DNA from: an uncultured delta proteobacterium
Lineage (GTDB): Bacteria > Desulfobacterota > RBG-13-43-22
Length of the DNA: 64,000 bases
Direction of reading: 5' to 3'
Assembly (NCBI GenBank): GCA_963711835.1
Contig: CAVQFQ010000016.1
Coordinates: 86,359-150,358, forward strand
Both the position numbers and the translations under genes were made by a program. Positions 1 to 9,611 of the stretch are shown piece by piece; the stretch's first letter is position 1, and the number at the start of each line of letters is the position of its first letter. A model generated the notes under the pieces. That model did no database searches, was not told where the DNA came from, and worked only from the letters and a program-made list of their open reading frames with translations.

Positions 1-13
1 TTCGTGCCGTCAT

Positions 14-1378
14 TTATGCCTCCTTTTTTTGATAATGCTTTTCCCAGGCCGCATCGGCCAATTCCCCATAACGCGCGGCAAACTGATCGATCTCCGGGGC
101 CAGATCGGAAAAGATAGTTTCCGCGCCGGGATGGGTAAAATGGGCCCCGGTTTCATAGGCCATCCTTCTACCCATATCAGGCCGGTCCACCAGCATGCAG
201 GGCCGGAGCAGGTTTTTCTGTAAAGGCTGCTCGGTCCGGATGGCCTTAAATAGAGGAGAATTTAAGGCCTCCCGAAGGGGGGTCTCTTTGATATTGTGCA
301 TGGCAATATGGCAAAAAACGCAGGGCTCCACGTCCCCCTGGGCATTGATATGAAAATATTTTCGAGCGCCGGAAATGCAGCCGCCGACCACCGGGCCGTC
401 ATTCCAGAAATCGGCTACCAGAATCGGCCGGGTGGCCCTGATTTGGGCCACCCGCTCCCGAAGGGCGTCCCGTTGCTCCGGGGTGGGCATAAGCTGGATG
501 TTGGGTTCCCTGCCGATGGGCAGATACATGAAGAACCAGCCCAATAGGCAACCCTGATCAATAAGAAAGTCCATAAATGGTTCGCTGGTGATGGTATCAT
601 GATTCAGCCGGGTCTGGGTAGCGGAAAAGCCGAAAATAATCCCGGCTTCTTTTAAGCTTTTCATGGCCTGGAGGACCCGCTCAAAATGGCCTGCGCCCCG
701 TCGTTTGTCCGTTTCTTCCTGGAACCCTTCCAGACTGATGGATGGGAGTATATTGCCGCATCGGGCGATCCGCTCCGCCAGGCGCTGGTCGATGAGGCCG
801 CCATGGGTATAGACATGAAAAATCATGTCATGGTGTTGCTCAAAGATGTCAAAAATATCCTGCTTGAAAAAAGGTTCGCCTCCGGAGACCACGCAGGCAT
901 AAATACCCATTTCATTGGCCTGATCCAAGGCCTGGTGGATGATTTTAGTGGGTAATTCTGCCCCCTTATCATAACTCCCGGCATAACAACCGAAACATTT
1001 CAGATTGCATTTCATGGTCGGGCTTATGACCAGAAACCCGGGCGGATAAAAACCTCCCTCCAGTTCTGAAAAGGCCTTCCTTTTGTTGGTCCCTTCCAAT
1101 AACTGGTTGATGATCAGGGTCTGGATGATGGTCTTGCGATGATGGGGATTGGTTCGATAAAGGATTTTCTTGGTTACTTCCAGGCAGGGGTGGTTTTGAT
1201 CGAAAAGGTCCCGGATCCAATTGATCCAGTCGATGTAATAATCCTTTCTGACCAACAGAGCAGCCAGGCGGGCGATCTGGGTGTAGGTCCAGCGAAATTT
1301 TTTTTCATCAGTGGTCCGGGATAAAGCCGCCAGTAAGAGATTGATGCTGTTGGCAATGGCTTGGTTTCTTAGCGACAT
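14..1378 (-). CDS. Radical SAM protein with C-terminal SPASM/twitch-like region
   Basis: CNLKCFGC (CxxxCxxC), SGGEPF, C-terminal GC...GDVEPC...RPC. A further minus-strand ATG at 11-13 with an AAGGAGG RBS shows the operon continues off the window. Confidence 0.9.
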   Translation of the reverse strand: MSLRNQAIANSINLLLAALSRTTDEKKFRWTYTQIARLAALLVRKDYYIDWINWIRDLFDQNHPCLEVTKKILYRTNPHHRKTIIQTLIINQLLEGTNKRKAFSELEGGFYPPGFLVISPTMKCNLKCFGCYAGSYDKGAELPTKIIHQALDQANEMGIYACVVSGGEPFFKQDIFDIFEQHHDMIFHVYTHGGLIDQRLAERIARCGNILPSISLEGFQEETDKRRGAGHFERVLQAMKSLKEAGIIFGFSATQTRLNHDTITSEPFMDFLIDQGCLLGWFFMYLPIGREPNIQLMPTPEQRDALRERVAQIRATRPILVADFWNDGPVVGGCISGARKYFHINAQGDVEPCVFCHIAMHNIKETPLREALNSPLFKAIRTEQPLQKNLLRPCMLVDRPDMGRRMAYETGAHFTHPGAETIFSDLAPEIDQFAARYGELADAAWEKHYQKKEA

Positions 1379-1386
1379 TGGTTATA

Positions 1387-1866
1387 TTATACCGCCTTCC
1401 ATAAATAGGCCAGGGTTTCACCCAGGCCAAGCAAAAGAAAACAACCGACCAAGGACCCGGTTATTAAGATCAGATAAGAAATCTTCTTGGGTATTTTCAG
1501 GGAAAAGGCCATCAATACCCCGCTCCACATCCCGCCCCCCTTTACCGGCATGACCGTGATCAGAAAGACCCCCAGGCCTTTCCAGGCCGACCAGGCCCGC
1601 CAGGCCCAGGATTGTTGTCTTCCCACCCCTTTTTGAGTCAGCCACCGGTTCAATCGGGAAAAACCCGGGAAGCGCACGGCTCCTTCATAGAGCCGATAAA
1701 AAAGAGGGATTTGTAACCCATCCAACAAAACGATCAGGGGTAAAAAAAATAAAAGATTTTGTCCCAGCCACTGGGCACTTAGGATAGCCGCGGTCCGGCC
1801 TCCTAAGACATAAAGGCCGAAAAAATAAAACAGATAGGTTTGCTTAATCCATTCCAGCCATTCCAT
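1387..1866 (-). CDS. Small multi-drug export-like membrane protein
   Basis: Several hydrophobic segments; MPVKGGGMWSG resembles the PLPGTGAWTG family motif. Confidence 0.65.
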   Translation of the reverse strand: MEWLEWIKQTYLFYFFGLYVLGGRTAAILSAQWLGQNLLFFLPLIVLLDGLQIPLFYRLYEGAVRFPGFSRLNRWLTQKGVGRQQSWAWRAWSAWKGLGVFLITVMPVKGGGMWSGVLMAFSLKIPKKISYLILITGSLVGCFLLLGLGETLAYLWKAV

Positions 1867-2057
1867 AAAGGTTTTTGTTGAAGAGGCCTGCGCTCCTGCT
1901 TAATCCTATTCTGTTATAACCTAACCGTCCTAACCATCCATAATCATACTGACTTTACCCAGGCAGCCCCTCCGGTTATAACCATTTATGAGACTGTAAG
2001 TAAGATGGTTTAAGTTTAATTTATAGCCGTCTCTTTTGCAATAAGATTTATCAGGGC

Positions 2058-3248
2058 TTAGGTCCTCTGGATCCGCTCGTGGAGAAGCCGCCGCATGTCC
2101 TGATCATATAATAAGGTGATCAGGGTCAGCAGGCGCCCCAGGACCGGGAGAGGGTCCCCAGATTGGTAAAAATCATGAGCCGTATTTTTATCAAAAAACC
2201 GAAAAAAGGAGGGCTTCATTCGAAAACGTTCAGGATTTTGAATAAAATGAAGTAAATCCCCGGGCAGAATCCAGCGGCAGCGCTTTCCTAAATCATAGCC
2301 TTCCATTTTCTCGATCGGCTGTTCCAAGGCCATTTGAAACAAAAGATAAGGGAAGTCCACCCCGGCATAAACGGCCAGGGGCAATGAACCCCAAAACCGG
2401 GGGTTGATCTCCATCAACTTGGGTCTCCCATCCCTGGGATCATAACGAAATTCCACCATGGCCACCCCAAACCAGCCCAAGGCTCTTAAAAGAGATTCCC
2501 CTAACCGGTGTACTTCCGGGTCGTAACTACTTTCCCGCAAGGTGCTCGGCCCGCCTTTGACAGGATATTCCCGGATGCGTTTATGGATAAAATAGGCCAG
2601 CGGCTCCTGGTCCGGCCCAAATAGGAATGAGGCCCCGAGGGCCTGCCCTCCCGGGGGTATGAATTCTTGAATCAGCGGTAAGGGATATTTCCGATGGACC
2701 TTCTGGTAGGCCGGCCAGAAGTCTTTTTGATCATAGACATAGACGATTCCAGTGGAACCGGAGCCGATGCGGGGTTTGATAACGGCCGGAATCGGAACCT
2801 CCGGAAAAAGGTCCGGGACCGCGTCCAGGCTTTCCGGGAAAAGGGTCTTGGGAATGGGGATTCCGATTTTCAGGGCCAGCCGAAGAACCTCGTCTTTGCG
2901 GCGGGCCTGATCCAGGGCGGAAAAACCGGTGAAGGGAATCCGGGTATGGGGTTCCAGAAGAGAGCGATGCCGGGCGATGAGGAGAGTAGTCTGTTCTTCC
3001 ATAGGGATCAGGACCTCGTAAGCCCGGCTTTTTACTTCCTTGATCAGGGCTTCCAGAAAGGCCTCGGGATGGAAATAGGGGGAAGGATAGACCCATCTCC
3101 GGGAACAATACCGTGAGAAAAAGGAAGTGGCGATGGGAGTACTTTCCCCGACCGTTACCCGGATGCCCCTCCTGCCCAGAGAACGGGTTGCGGCCAGGGT
3201 CTTGGCCCAATGGCCATCCGTCAATAAGACACGGGTTTTATTTCTCAT
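2058..3248 (-). CDS. ATP-grasp domain protein (carboxylate-amine ligase-like)
   Basis: VIKPRIGSGS, IQEFIPG, MVEFR and LMEINPRFWG motifs. Confidence 0.9.
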   Translation of the reverse strand: MRNKTRVLLTDGHWAKTLAATRSLGRRGIRVTVGESTPIATSFFSRYCSRRWVYPSPYFHPEAFLEALIKEVKSRAYEVLIPMEEQTTLLIARHRSLLEPHTRIPFTGFSALDQARRKDEVLRLALKIGIPIPKTLFPESLDAVPDLFPEVPIPAVIKPRIGSGSTGIVYVYDQKDFWPAYQKVHRKYPLPLIQEFIPPGGQALGASFLFGPDQEPLAYFIHKRIREYPVKGGPSTLRESSYDPEVHRLGESLLRALGWFGVAMVEFRYDPRDGRPKLMEINPRFWGSLPLAVYAGVDFPYLLFQMALEQPIEKMEGYDLGKRCRWILPGDLLHFIQNPERFRMKPSFFRFFDKNTAHDFYQSGDPLPVLGRLLTLITLLYDQDMRRLLHERIQRT

Positions 3249-3321
3249 TTTTTAAAGTAAGGCCTATTTTTCAGGCCAATTAACCCTTGAGGATCAATCT
3301 AAACTGTGTTAAGTACTAACT

Positions 3322-3462
3322 AGTTCTCATCCGGACAAGATATTTTCGGCTGAGAGCTGTCAGCGATCAGCTTTTAGCCATCTGCAAAAAATCTTAAAAA
3401 TAATGGTTTAAGCTGACGGCTGAACGCTCCATTCGGAAATCGGAGATTCCCGGATGGACACT
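3322..3462. repeat. Repeat family B, full copy (CATCCGG...CCGGATG ends, internal TCAGC/GCTGA heptamer arms)
   Basis: AGTTCTCATCCGG...CCGGATGGACACT ends; shares blocks with 9521-9568, 39897-40036 and 51588-51635. Confidence 0.7.
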
Positions 3463-3506
3463 GACTAACTTAACACAAAAGCGCCTGAAGGTTAAAAAGG
3501 ATTTTA

Positions 3507-4292
3507 TTGACCAACGAACTTAAAGGCCTGCTCTACCCCTATTTTGCCCCGGAAGAATTTAAGGATCGAACCGCTATCGTGACCGGGGGGTCTCGGGGGA
3601 TTGGAAAGGCCGTTTCTTTGGCCTTATCCTTCCTGGGGGCCAACCTGATAGTGGTTTTTCGGGAAGACCGTCAAGCCGCCCTTTCTCTGAAAGAGACCCT
3701 TGCCGATCAAGGGGGAGCCTGTACCCTGATACAGGGAGATGTCTCCTCACGGGAAACCTGGTTGGAACTGGTCAGGCAGGCCTTGAATCAATGGGGAAGA
3801 ATCGACATCCTGATTAATAATGCCGCCCTGCTCAAAGACCGGTTGTTTCTTTTTCTCCAGGAAAATGACTGGGACCGGGTGCTGGAAATAAATTTAAAAA
3901 GCCTTTACCATGGCTGTCAGGCCGTTATCAAGACCATGATCGGGCAGCGGTTCGGCCGGATTATTAATCTGACTTCTCCCAGCGCCCTGCTGGGGCGGGC
4001 CGGTCAGACCAATTATGCGGCCTCCAAGGGCGGGGTGATCAGTTTTTCCAAATCCCTGGCCCGGGAAGTGGCCCGGGCAGGAATAACGGTCAACTGTGTC
4101 TCCCCCGGGGTGATCCGAACCGATTTATTCCAGCGACTCCCTGAAAAAACGCAACAGGAATTAATTTCCCGGATCCCGGGAGGCCGGACGGGAAAACCGG
4201 AGGAAGTGGCCGGGATTATTTTGTTCCTGGCTTCCCAGCGGTCAAGCTACCTGACCGGCCAGGTTATTGCTGTAGATGGAGGATTGACATAA
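3507..4292 (+). CDS. fabG: 3-oxoacyl-ACP reductase (SDR)
   Basis: TGGSRGIG, INNA, NYAASKGG, GQVIAVDGG; adjacent to ACP; TTG start. Confidence 0.88.
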   Translation: MTNELKGLLYPYFAPEEFKDRTAIVTGGSRGIGKAVSLALSFLGANLIVVFREDRQAALSLKETLADQGGACTLIQGDVSSRETWLELVRQALNQWGRIDILINNAALLKDRLFLFLQENDWDRVLEINLKSLYHGCQAVIKTMIGQRFGRIINLTSPSALLGRAGQTNYAASKGGVISFSKSLAREVARAGITVNCVSPGVIRTDLFQRLPEKTQQELISRIPGGRTGKPEEVAGIILFLASQRSSYLTGQVIAVDGGLT

Positions 4293-4297
4293 AAGAC

Positions 4298-4597
4298 ATG
4301 ATGGAAACCAAAACACCGGACTGGAGTAAGGATACGCCCGGACTGATAGTCTTTCTTAAGAAGATAATCATCGAATCCCTCAAACTGGAAGACCTTGATC
4401 CCGAGGAGATCAAGGAAGAGGACCCCCTTTTCGGTGAGGGACTCGGGTTGGATTCCCTGGACGCCCTGGAGCTGGTGGTGGCTGTTGAGAAATATTTTGG
4501 AGTAGTCATCGAGAATGAAGACCAGGGCAAAGAGGCCTTCGTCTCCATAGTCGGCTTAGCCCGGTATATTCAGCGGGAAGCGGCCGGCCGACCATGA
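4298..4597 (+). CDS. Acyl carrier protein
   Basis: LFGEGLGLDSLDALEL phosphopantetheine Ser motif; acidic. Confidence 0.92.
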   Translation: MMETKTPDWSKDTPGLIVFLKKIIIESLKLEDLDPEEIKEEDPLFGEGLGLDSLDALELVVAVEKYFGVVIENEDQGKEAFVSIVGLARYIQREAAGRP

Positions 4598-5022
4598 ACT
4601 GGGTGGAAACCGAGGTTAAGGTCCGTTTCGAGGAAGTAGATCTCTGGCAGATAGTCTGGTACGGCCATTACCTCTCTTACTTTGAAGTGGCCCGGATGAC
4701 CCTTCTGGAAAAATTCGGCCTCCTGATAGAAAAGGTGGCCATGTTGGGCTTCAGGACCCCCCTGGTCACCTTGAAGTGCCAATTCAAAAATTCGGCCCGC
4801 TTCAACGATACCCTTCGGGTCAAGGCGGCGGTCCTGCCTTCTGAAACGGCCTCCCTGACCTTCCTTTTTGAAATTCATCGGCCTTCCGATCAGACGCTGA
4901 TCGCCCAGGGGGAAACCACTCATGTCCTTCAGGATAAGGATGGCAAAATGATTTATAAGTTCAGCGGGGCCTTGAGGGAAAAAATAGAAGCTATGGTGGC
5001 CTATTGCAATTCCCCCGGCTAA
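4594..5022 (+). CDS. Acyl-CoA/ACP thioesterase (YbgC/4HBT hotdog)
   Basis: VRFEEVDLWQIVWYGHYLSYFEVAR motif; ATGA overlap with ACP. Confidence 0.88.
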   Translation: MNWVETEVKVRFEEVDLWQIVWYGHYLSYFEVARMTLLEKFGLLIEKVAMLGFRTPLVTLKCQFKNSARFNDTLRVKAAVLPSETASLTFLFEIHRPSDQTLIAQGETTHVLQDKDGKMIYKFSGALREKIEAMVAYCNSPG

Positions 5023-5034
5023 GGCAGGTGTCGC

Positions 5035-6288
5035 TTGCCCCCTCTTTTACCTCTGCTCCGCCTCTCCCTCTCCCAGTTATCCTATTATAAAAGCCGCTAC
5101 CTGATCATGGGTCTGCTGCTGGTTTCAGGGTCTTTGATCCTCTTCCTTTCATTGAGCTATCTTGTTTCCGTCCAGGCTTCCATCCGGGAAGGGCTGGTTT
5201 CCAGACTGACCGGGCACCTGCAACTTTATAACCCGGCGGTTAAAGAGGTATCTTTCTATCAGGATCCAACGGGGCAGATCCCCTGGATTCAGGACCCGGA
5301 AGCGCTGGAAAGGATCCTTACAGCGGTCCCGGGGTTGGCCGGTTTCACCAAAAGGATCCTGGTCGGCGGCCTGCTCCAGAAAGGGGACCGGTCCATGGGG
5401 GCCTTAGTGGCCGGAATGGAGATGAATAAAGAGATCGCCCTCAGGGGGAAAATTTCTCCTCTTTCCCTTTCGGGGATGATCTCCATCCGGGAAGGGGAGG
5501 TCTTGCTCGGAAAAGGGGTAGCCAAGGTTTTACGGGTGGCCCCAGGCGAAAAGATCCCTCTGCTGGTCCCCAATGAATCCGGCTTTATCAGCGGCCGGCG
5601 ATTTCTGGTCAGGGGTTTATTCAGCACCCCGGGTCTGGATCCCGTTGCCGAACTCTTTGTTTACCTGAACTTGTCGGATCTCCAGCATTTATTAGGTCTG
5701 GAAAAGGAAGTGGGCCATTTCGTCCTTTTTGCCGAAAAGGAAACCCGGATAAATTCCCTGACGGCTTCTCTGGCCCATCGCTTTAAAGCGCTTCACCTGC
5801 CGGTCAGCCTCTTTACCTGGGACGAGATCGGGAAACCTTTCTTAGGGATTTTAAGTCTGAGCCAAATTTTTTTCGGCCTGACCAACCTTCTTATCCTGAT
5901 TATCATCGCCCTCACGGTTGTCAATTCCACCCTGATGAACCTCTTTGAAAGGATGCCGGAACTGGGCACCCTCTTAACTCTGGGGACGAAAAGAAGCCAG
6001 CTTTTTATTTTTCTCGGGGGCGAAATTATTCTCTTTGGATCAGCAGCCGCCGTGGCGGGTTTGTTTCTGGGATGGATTTTGAGCACGATCCTGGGGCAAT
6101 GGGGACTTCCAGCCCTGAATCCGGCCATGGCCATGGCTTTCGGCCAGGAACGATTATACTTCAAAACCAATATCTGGGTCTGGCTCTTGTCTTTTGGGGC
6201 TTCCTTTCTGTTTTTAGTGCTCTCGGTCGGGGTCCCGATAAGCCGGGCCTGCCGTCTGAATCCGGCCGAGGTCTTAAAAGAGAGATGA
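5035..6288 (+). CDS. ABC permease, FtsX/LolE-like
   Basis: N-terminal TM, GHLQ, periplasmic domain, ERxxELGTL...G, three C-terminal TMs. Confidence 0.88.
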   Translation: MPPLLPLLRLSLSQLSYYKSRYLIMGLLLVSGSLILFLSLSYLVSVQASIREGLVSRLTGHLQLYNPAVKEVSFYQDPTGQIPWIQDPEALERILTAVPGLAGFTKRILVGGLLQKGDRSMGALVAGMEMNKEIALRGKISPLSLSGMISIREGEVLLGKGVAKVLRVAPGEKIPLLVPNESGFISGRRFLVRGLFSTPGLDPVAELFVYLNLSDLQHLLGLEKEVGHFVLFAEKETRINSLTASLAHRFKALHLPVSLFTWDEIGKPFLGILSLSQIFFGLTNLLILIIIALTVVNSTLMNLFERMPELGTLLTLGTKRSQLFIFLGGEIILFGSAAAVAGLFLGWILSTILGQWGLPALNPAMAMAFGQERLYFKTNIWVWLLSFGASFLFLVLSVGVPISRACRLNPAEVLKER

Positions 6289-7523
6289 AGGCCTTTCTTT
6301 TTACAAAAATGGCCTGGAATAATCTCCGGCGATACCGGCGACGGACGATCCTGGTGGGGTTGACCATCCTGCTCTCATCGGCGGTCTTAATTTTTAACAA
6401 CTCGCTCGGAAACGGCATAGAGGAACAGTTGATCCAGAACATGGTTTATATCCAGACCGGGCATATTGTTTTGACCCCCCAAGCCGACAGCCGGGACCCG
6501 GCCACGGAGACGGTCCGCTGGCAACCTTTACCCCCCGGGCTTAGCACCTTCCTGGCCTCCGATCCCCGTCTGCGCGGCATCCATCCCCGCTTGGAATCGG
6601 CGGCCCTTTTGACCGCCAACAATCAAACCATTACCCGGGCTTTTTTGGTAGGATTTGATCCTCGGGAAGAAGCGGCCTTCTTAAAGACCAGGCTTCCTAT
6701 TTTACAGGGAAGCCCCTTTTTGAGTTCGGCCTCCAAGGCGATCTTCCTTAGCCAGGAATATGCCCGGCGCCTGAAGGTCGGCCTAGGCGATCCGGTAACC
6801 CTGACCATCCATAATCCCCGGGGAGAAACCCGGATGAAGGATTTTCAGCTTGGCGGCCTATTCAGGAAAGCCAATCCCTGGCAGGAGTTTTTTGTTTTCG
6901 CCCCCCTGGATGAGGTTCAGGATCTTTTCGGAACACCGAACCAGATCAGTTCGGTCCGTCTGATTCTGCATAAGGTCCCGGATGTGACTCGGGTCAGAAA
7001 CGATCTCCAGGCTTTTATTACTAAGTGGCAGTTGCCCTGGACGGTCAAAGGTTTTCAGGAAGTGGGGGGGTTCTCTTTGGGTATCATCCAGGCCAATAAT
7101 TTTTCGATTGTCTTGATGGACAGCCTTCTTCTCCTGATAACCGCCATAGGCATCAGTCTGCTGATCCTTTTATCGCTTCAGCTCCGAGTTAAGGAGATGC
7201 GTATACTTTCTTTGCTGGGGACGCCGCCGGGATGGCTTCTTTTCAGCGTAATCCAGGAGGCCCTTTTGTTGGGGCTGCTTTTCGGGGGCCTGGGATTGGT
7301 CATGGGTTGGGGCCTGGCCTGGTATTTTCAAAACACCGGAATCCGGATCACCTCCCTTCCCATTACTTACCTTCTGGGTGGGGATAGCCTGAGGCCCCTG
7401 ATCCGCCTCCAGGGTATGGGAAAGGTTTTTTCCCTCCTCCTGGGGATCTGTTTTTTTTCCGCCCTGCTGCCCATGATCAACCTCCTCTGGGCCTCCTCTA
7501 AAAAAAGGGCCCGATCTGTTTAA
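6285..7523 (+). CDS. ABC permease, FtsX/LolE-like
   Basis: True start MKAFLFTKMAWNNLRRYRRRT at the ATGA overlap (6285); same topology as the upstream permease. Confidence 0.88.
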   Translation: MKAFLFTKMAWNNLRRYRRRTILVGLTILLSSAVLIFNNSLGNGIEEQLIQNMVYIQTGHIVLTPQADSRDPATETVRWQPLPPGLSTFLASDPRLRGIHPRLESAALLTANNQTITRAFLVGFDPREEAAFLKTRLPILQGSPFLSSASKAIFLSQEYARRLKVGLGDPVTLTIHNPRGETRMKDFQLGGLFRKANPWQEFFVFAPLDEVQDLFGTPNQISSVRLILHKVPDVTRVRNDLQAFITKWQLPWTVKGFQEVGGFSLGIIQANNFSIVLMDSLLLLITAIGISLLILLSLQLRVKEMRILSLLGTPPGWLLFSVIQEALLLGLLFGGLGLVMGWGLAWYFQNTGIRITSLPITYLLGGDSLRPLIRLQGMGKVFSLLLGICFFSALLPMINLLWASSKKRARSV

Positions 7524-7527
7524 GGAG

Positions 7528-8289
7528 ATGACCATGTTCAAAAAAAGGAAAAGCCCTGCCTGGGTTCGGTTTGCTTTAGGCCTCCCTGGATTGGTCTTGT
7601 TCCTATTTATGGCTGCCACAACCGTTATGGGAGAGGAAGTTTTGACCAATCCGGAATCCTTGCTGAACCGGTTTAAGCCTCTCGTGGCCCCCGAGACCTT
7701 TAAGGCCGTCCTTCATCTGGAGATTCAGAGACCGGATCGGCCTTTAAAAAAATATGAACTGGTCGTATGGCAGAAATCGCCGGACCTGGTCAAGATCGTC
7801 TTCCAGGCGCCGGCCTCAGAAAAGGGTAAATTTTTGCTCAAAAAAAAGGACCAGGTTTTTTTATCCCTGCCCGACCTGGAGGAGACCATCTTATTATCCC
7901 CGGCCCAGCTCAGCGGCTGGAACTTCTTTTTTGCCGAGAACCTTTTCCCCTTTTATTTTACCAGGGAGATTCTCTGGGGGGAAAGCCGCCATACGCCGGA
8001 GTCCCTGATTCTATCCATAATTCGCAAAACCGACCGCTCCCTTTGGGTGGAAGCCGCCCTTCTTAAACCGCAGGGCCCCTTAACCGGAGTCACTCTTTAT
8101 GAACCCTCGGGTAAAAAAATCCGAACCGTGTCCCTGACCTGGGATTCTTCCGCGGGAAGCGAAAGGCTCAAGGCCCTGAGCATAGAAAATTTTTACCCGG
8201 ACTCTTATCGAGCCAAAATAGGGATCGAAGATCTCCGCACCAGGCCCGTATTTCCGGACCGGTTTTTTGAATTAGGGACAAAGCCGTAA
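7528..8289 (+). CDS. Outer-membrane lipoprotein-sorting (LolA-like) protein
   Basis: Signal peptide, FxAPASEKGxxLL motif, C-terminal FPDRFF; AAGGAG RBS; context. Confidence 0.7.
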   Translation: MTMFKKRKSPAWVRFALGLPGLVLFLFMAATTVMGEEVLTNPESLLNRFKPLVAPETFKAVLHLEIQRPDRPLKKYELVVWQKSPDLVKIVFQAPASEKGKFLLKKKDQVFLSLPDLEETILLSPAQLSGWNFFFAENLFPFYFTREILWGESRHTPESLILSIIRKTDRSLWVEAALLKPQGPLTGVTLYEPSGKKIRTVSLTWDSSAGSERLKALSIENFYPDSYRAKIGIEDLRTRPVFPDRFFELGTKP

Positions 8290-8328
8290 CCCCTTCCCCC
8301 CTTTTCGGGGGAAGGTGGGGATGGGGGC
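8289..8328. repeat. REP-like GC hairpin / possible bidirectional terminator
   Basis: CCTTCCCCC-cttttc-GGGGGAAGG followed by TGGGGATGGGGG between convergent genes. Confidence 0.55.
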
Positions 8329-8359
8329 GGAGGAGCGGATAAGAAGTTCAGTCCCGGAT

Positions 8360-9211
8360 TCAGGATCCGGATGCGGAAACCAGAATCTCGTTTACCCAAT
8401 CCATCATCCTTGGTGTAATCTCGTTGTAAACGACCTGGTAGGCGCGGATTTTTTTACTTAACGAAGTAATGAAGGGAAAGCCGTGGCCGGACAGGTTCCT
8501 GGCATTGACCAGCCGTTGAAGAAGCATGAAAGCCGCTTGGGCCTGGGAGAGAGGCTGGACCCGGAAGGGTTGGTCGGTCTGATATCGGGGAAAGATCAGG
8601 ATCCGAGGGCGTGCCGACCGGCAGATCCCGCCACCCCGGAACAATTCAGGGTCTATCCAGGTCTCACCGCTGAAGAAGGTCTCCGGCGCCTCTCGTCCCT
8701 CTGAAGCCACTTTCTCTTTCCAGGAAAGCCCCGAACCGCCTTTCAAAATGACGGGTCTGGGCAGACCGGATAACACCTCATCTTTTAGACGAACGGCTAT
8801 GATTTCATCGGTCAGGTAATCAAAGCCCGAAGATACCAGTTGGGCGGTCAGGGTTGATTTTCCGCTGCCGCTGTCTCCGCAAAGGATGATCCCCTGTTTG
8901 TCCCTGGCCACCCCGCCGGCATGAAAAACCGCCTGGCCACAGGAATGGGCGATCAGACTGCCTACTGCTTCCTGCATCAATCTCCAGAACAACCGGTCGG
9001 CAGATAAATCGTGGCCTACCAGGATCTCCCCCTTCCAGAGCTCAAAGGTGTCGTCCATCTCTCTGTTGATGTGAAAAATAACCGCCGGGGAGACGGCCCG
9101 GGCCGGCAGGCAATGGCGAAAATGGCGGCCGAGCCGGCTCAGGATAACCGGATCCTGGCCTTCTATTTCCACACTTACCTCGCCGAACTGGAGGACCAGG
9201 GGGTCAGCCAT
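8360..9211 (-). CDS. HPr-kinase-related P-loop kinase
   Basis: FHAGGV, Walker A GDSGSGKST, YLTDE acidic motif; lacks the HprK N-terminal domain. Confidence 0.85.
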   Translation of the reverse strand: MADPLVLQFGEVSVEIEGQDPVILSRLGRHFRHCLPARAVSPAVIFHINREMDDTFELWKGEILVGHDLSADRLFWRLMQEAVGSLIAHSCGQAVFHAGGVARDKQGIILCGDSGSGKSTLTAQLVSSGFDYLTDEIIAVRLKDEVLSGLPRPVILKGGSGLSWKEKVASEGREAPETFFSGETWIDPELFRGGGICRSARPRILIFPRYQTDQPFRVQPLSQAQAAFMLLQRLVNARNLSGHGFPFITSLSKKIRAYQVVYNEITPRMMDWVNEILVSASGS

Positions 9212-9220
9212 GGTTTAGGA

Positions 9221-9493
9221 TCAATCCAGGACCAAGACCCTGGTTTCAACAAAAAGCTGCAGGGTCTCATTCACATCCTCTTTAATCTGCTCGGCGGACT
9301 CCGGATAGGCTTCGCTCAGGAGCTGCTTGATCTCAGCTACGGTTCGTTGACCGTCACAGAGTTTCCAGATCAAAGCGGCGCTGGGGTTGCTGTGCAGGAC
9401 CTGGGTGCTGTCCGGATGAATAAGGACCAATTCGCCTTCCATGATTTCGGCTTGGCAATCAGGAACAGGCCTGGGACGGGCGGTTTCCAGCAT
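9221..9493 (-). CDS. PqqD-family / RiPP recognition element (RRE) protein
   Basis: NPSAALIWKLCDGQRTVAEI...L...YPE...DV motif; start moved to ATG 9493 (GGAGG RBS). Confidence 0.9.
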   Translation of the reverse strand: MLETARPRPVPDCQAEIMEGELVLIHPDSTQVLHSNPSAALIWKLCDGQRTVAEIKQLLSEAYPESAEQIKEDVNETLQLFVETRVLVLD

Positions 9494-9520
9494 AGGTTCC
9501 TCCTCAGGGAGCATTCGGCC

Positions 9521-9568
9521 GTCAGCAGACAGCACGCATCCGGAAAAGATCTTTTCCGGATGGACACT
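9521..9568. repeat. Repeat family B, partial copy
   Basis: CATCCGGAAAAGATCTTTTCCGGATGGACACT perfect hairpin. Confidence 0.65.
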
Positions 9569-9611
9569 AATTTAATTAAATTCTTTATAAATCGCAACCG
9601 GAAAGACCTTT

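Noticed and set aside
1912-1984. Two GTTATAAC palindromes upstream of the rSAM operon
   Set aside because: Only 8 bp in an AT-rich stretch with no candidate regulator nearby; too weak to call
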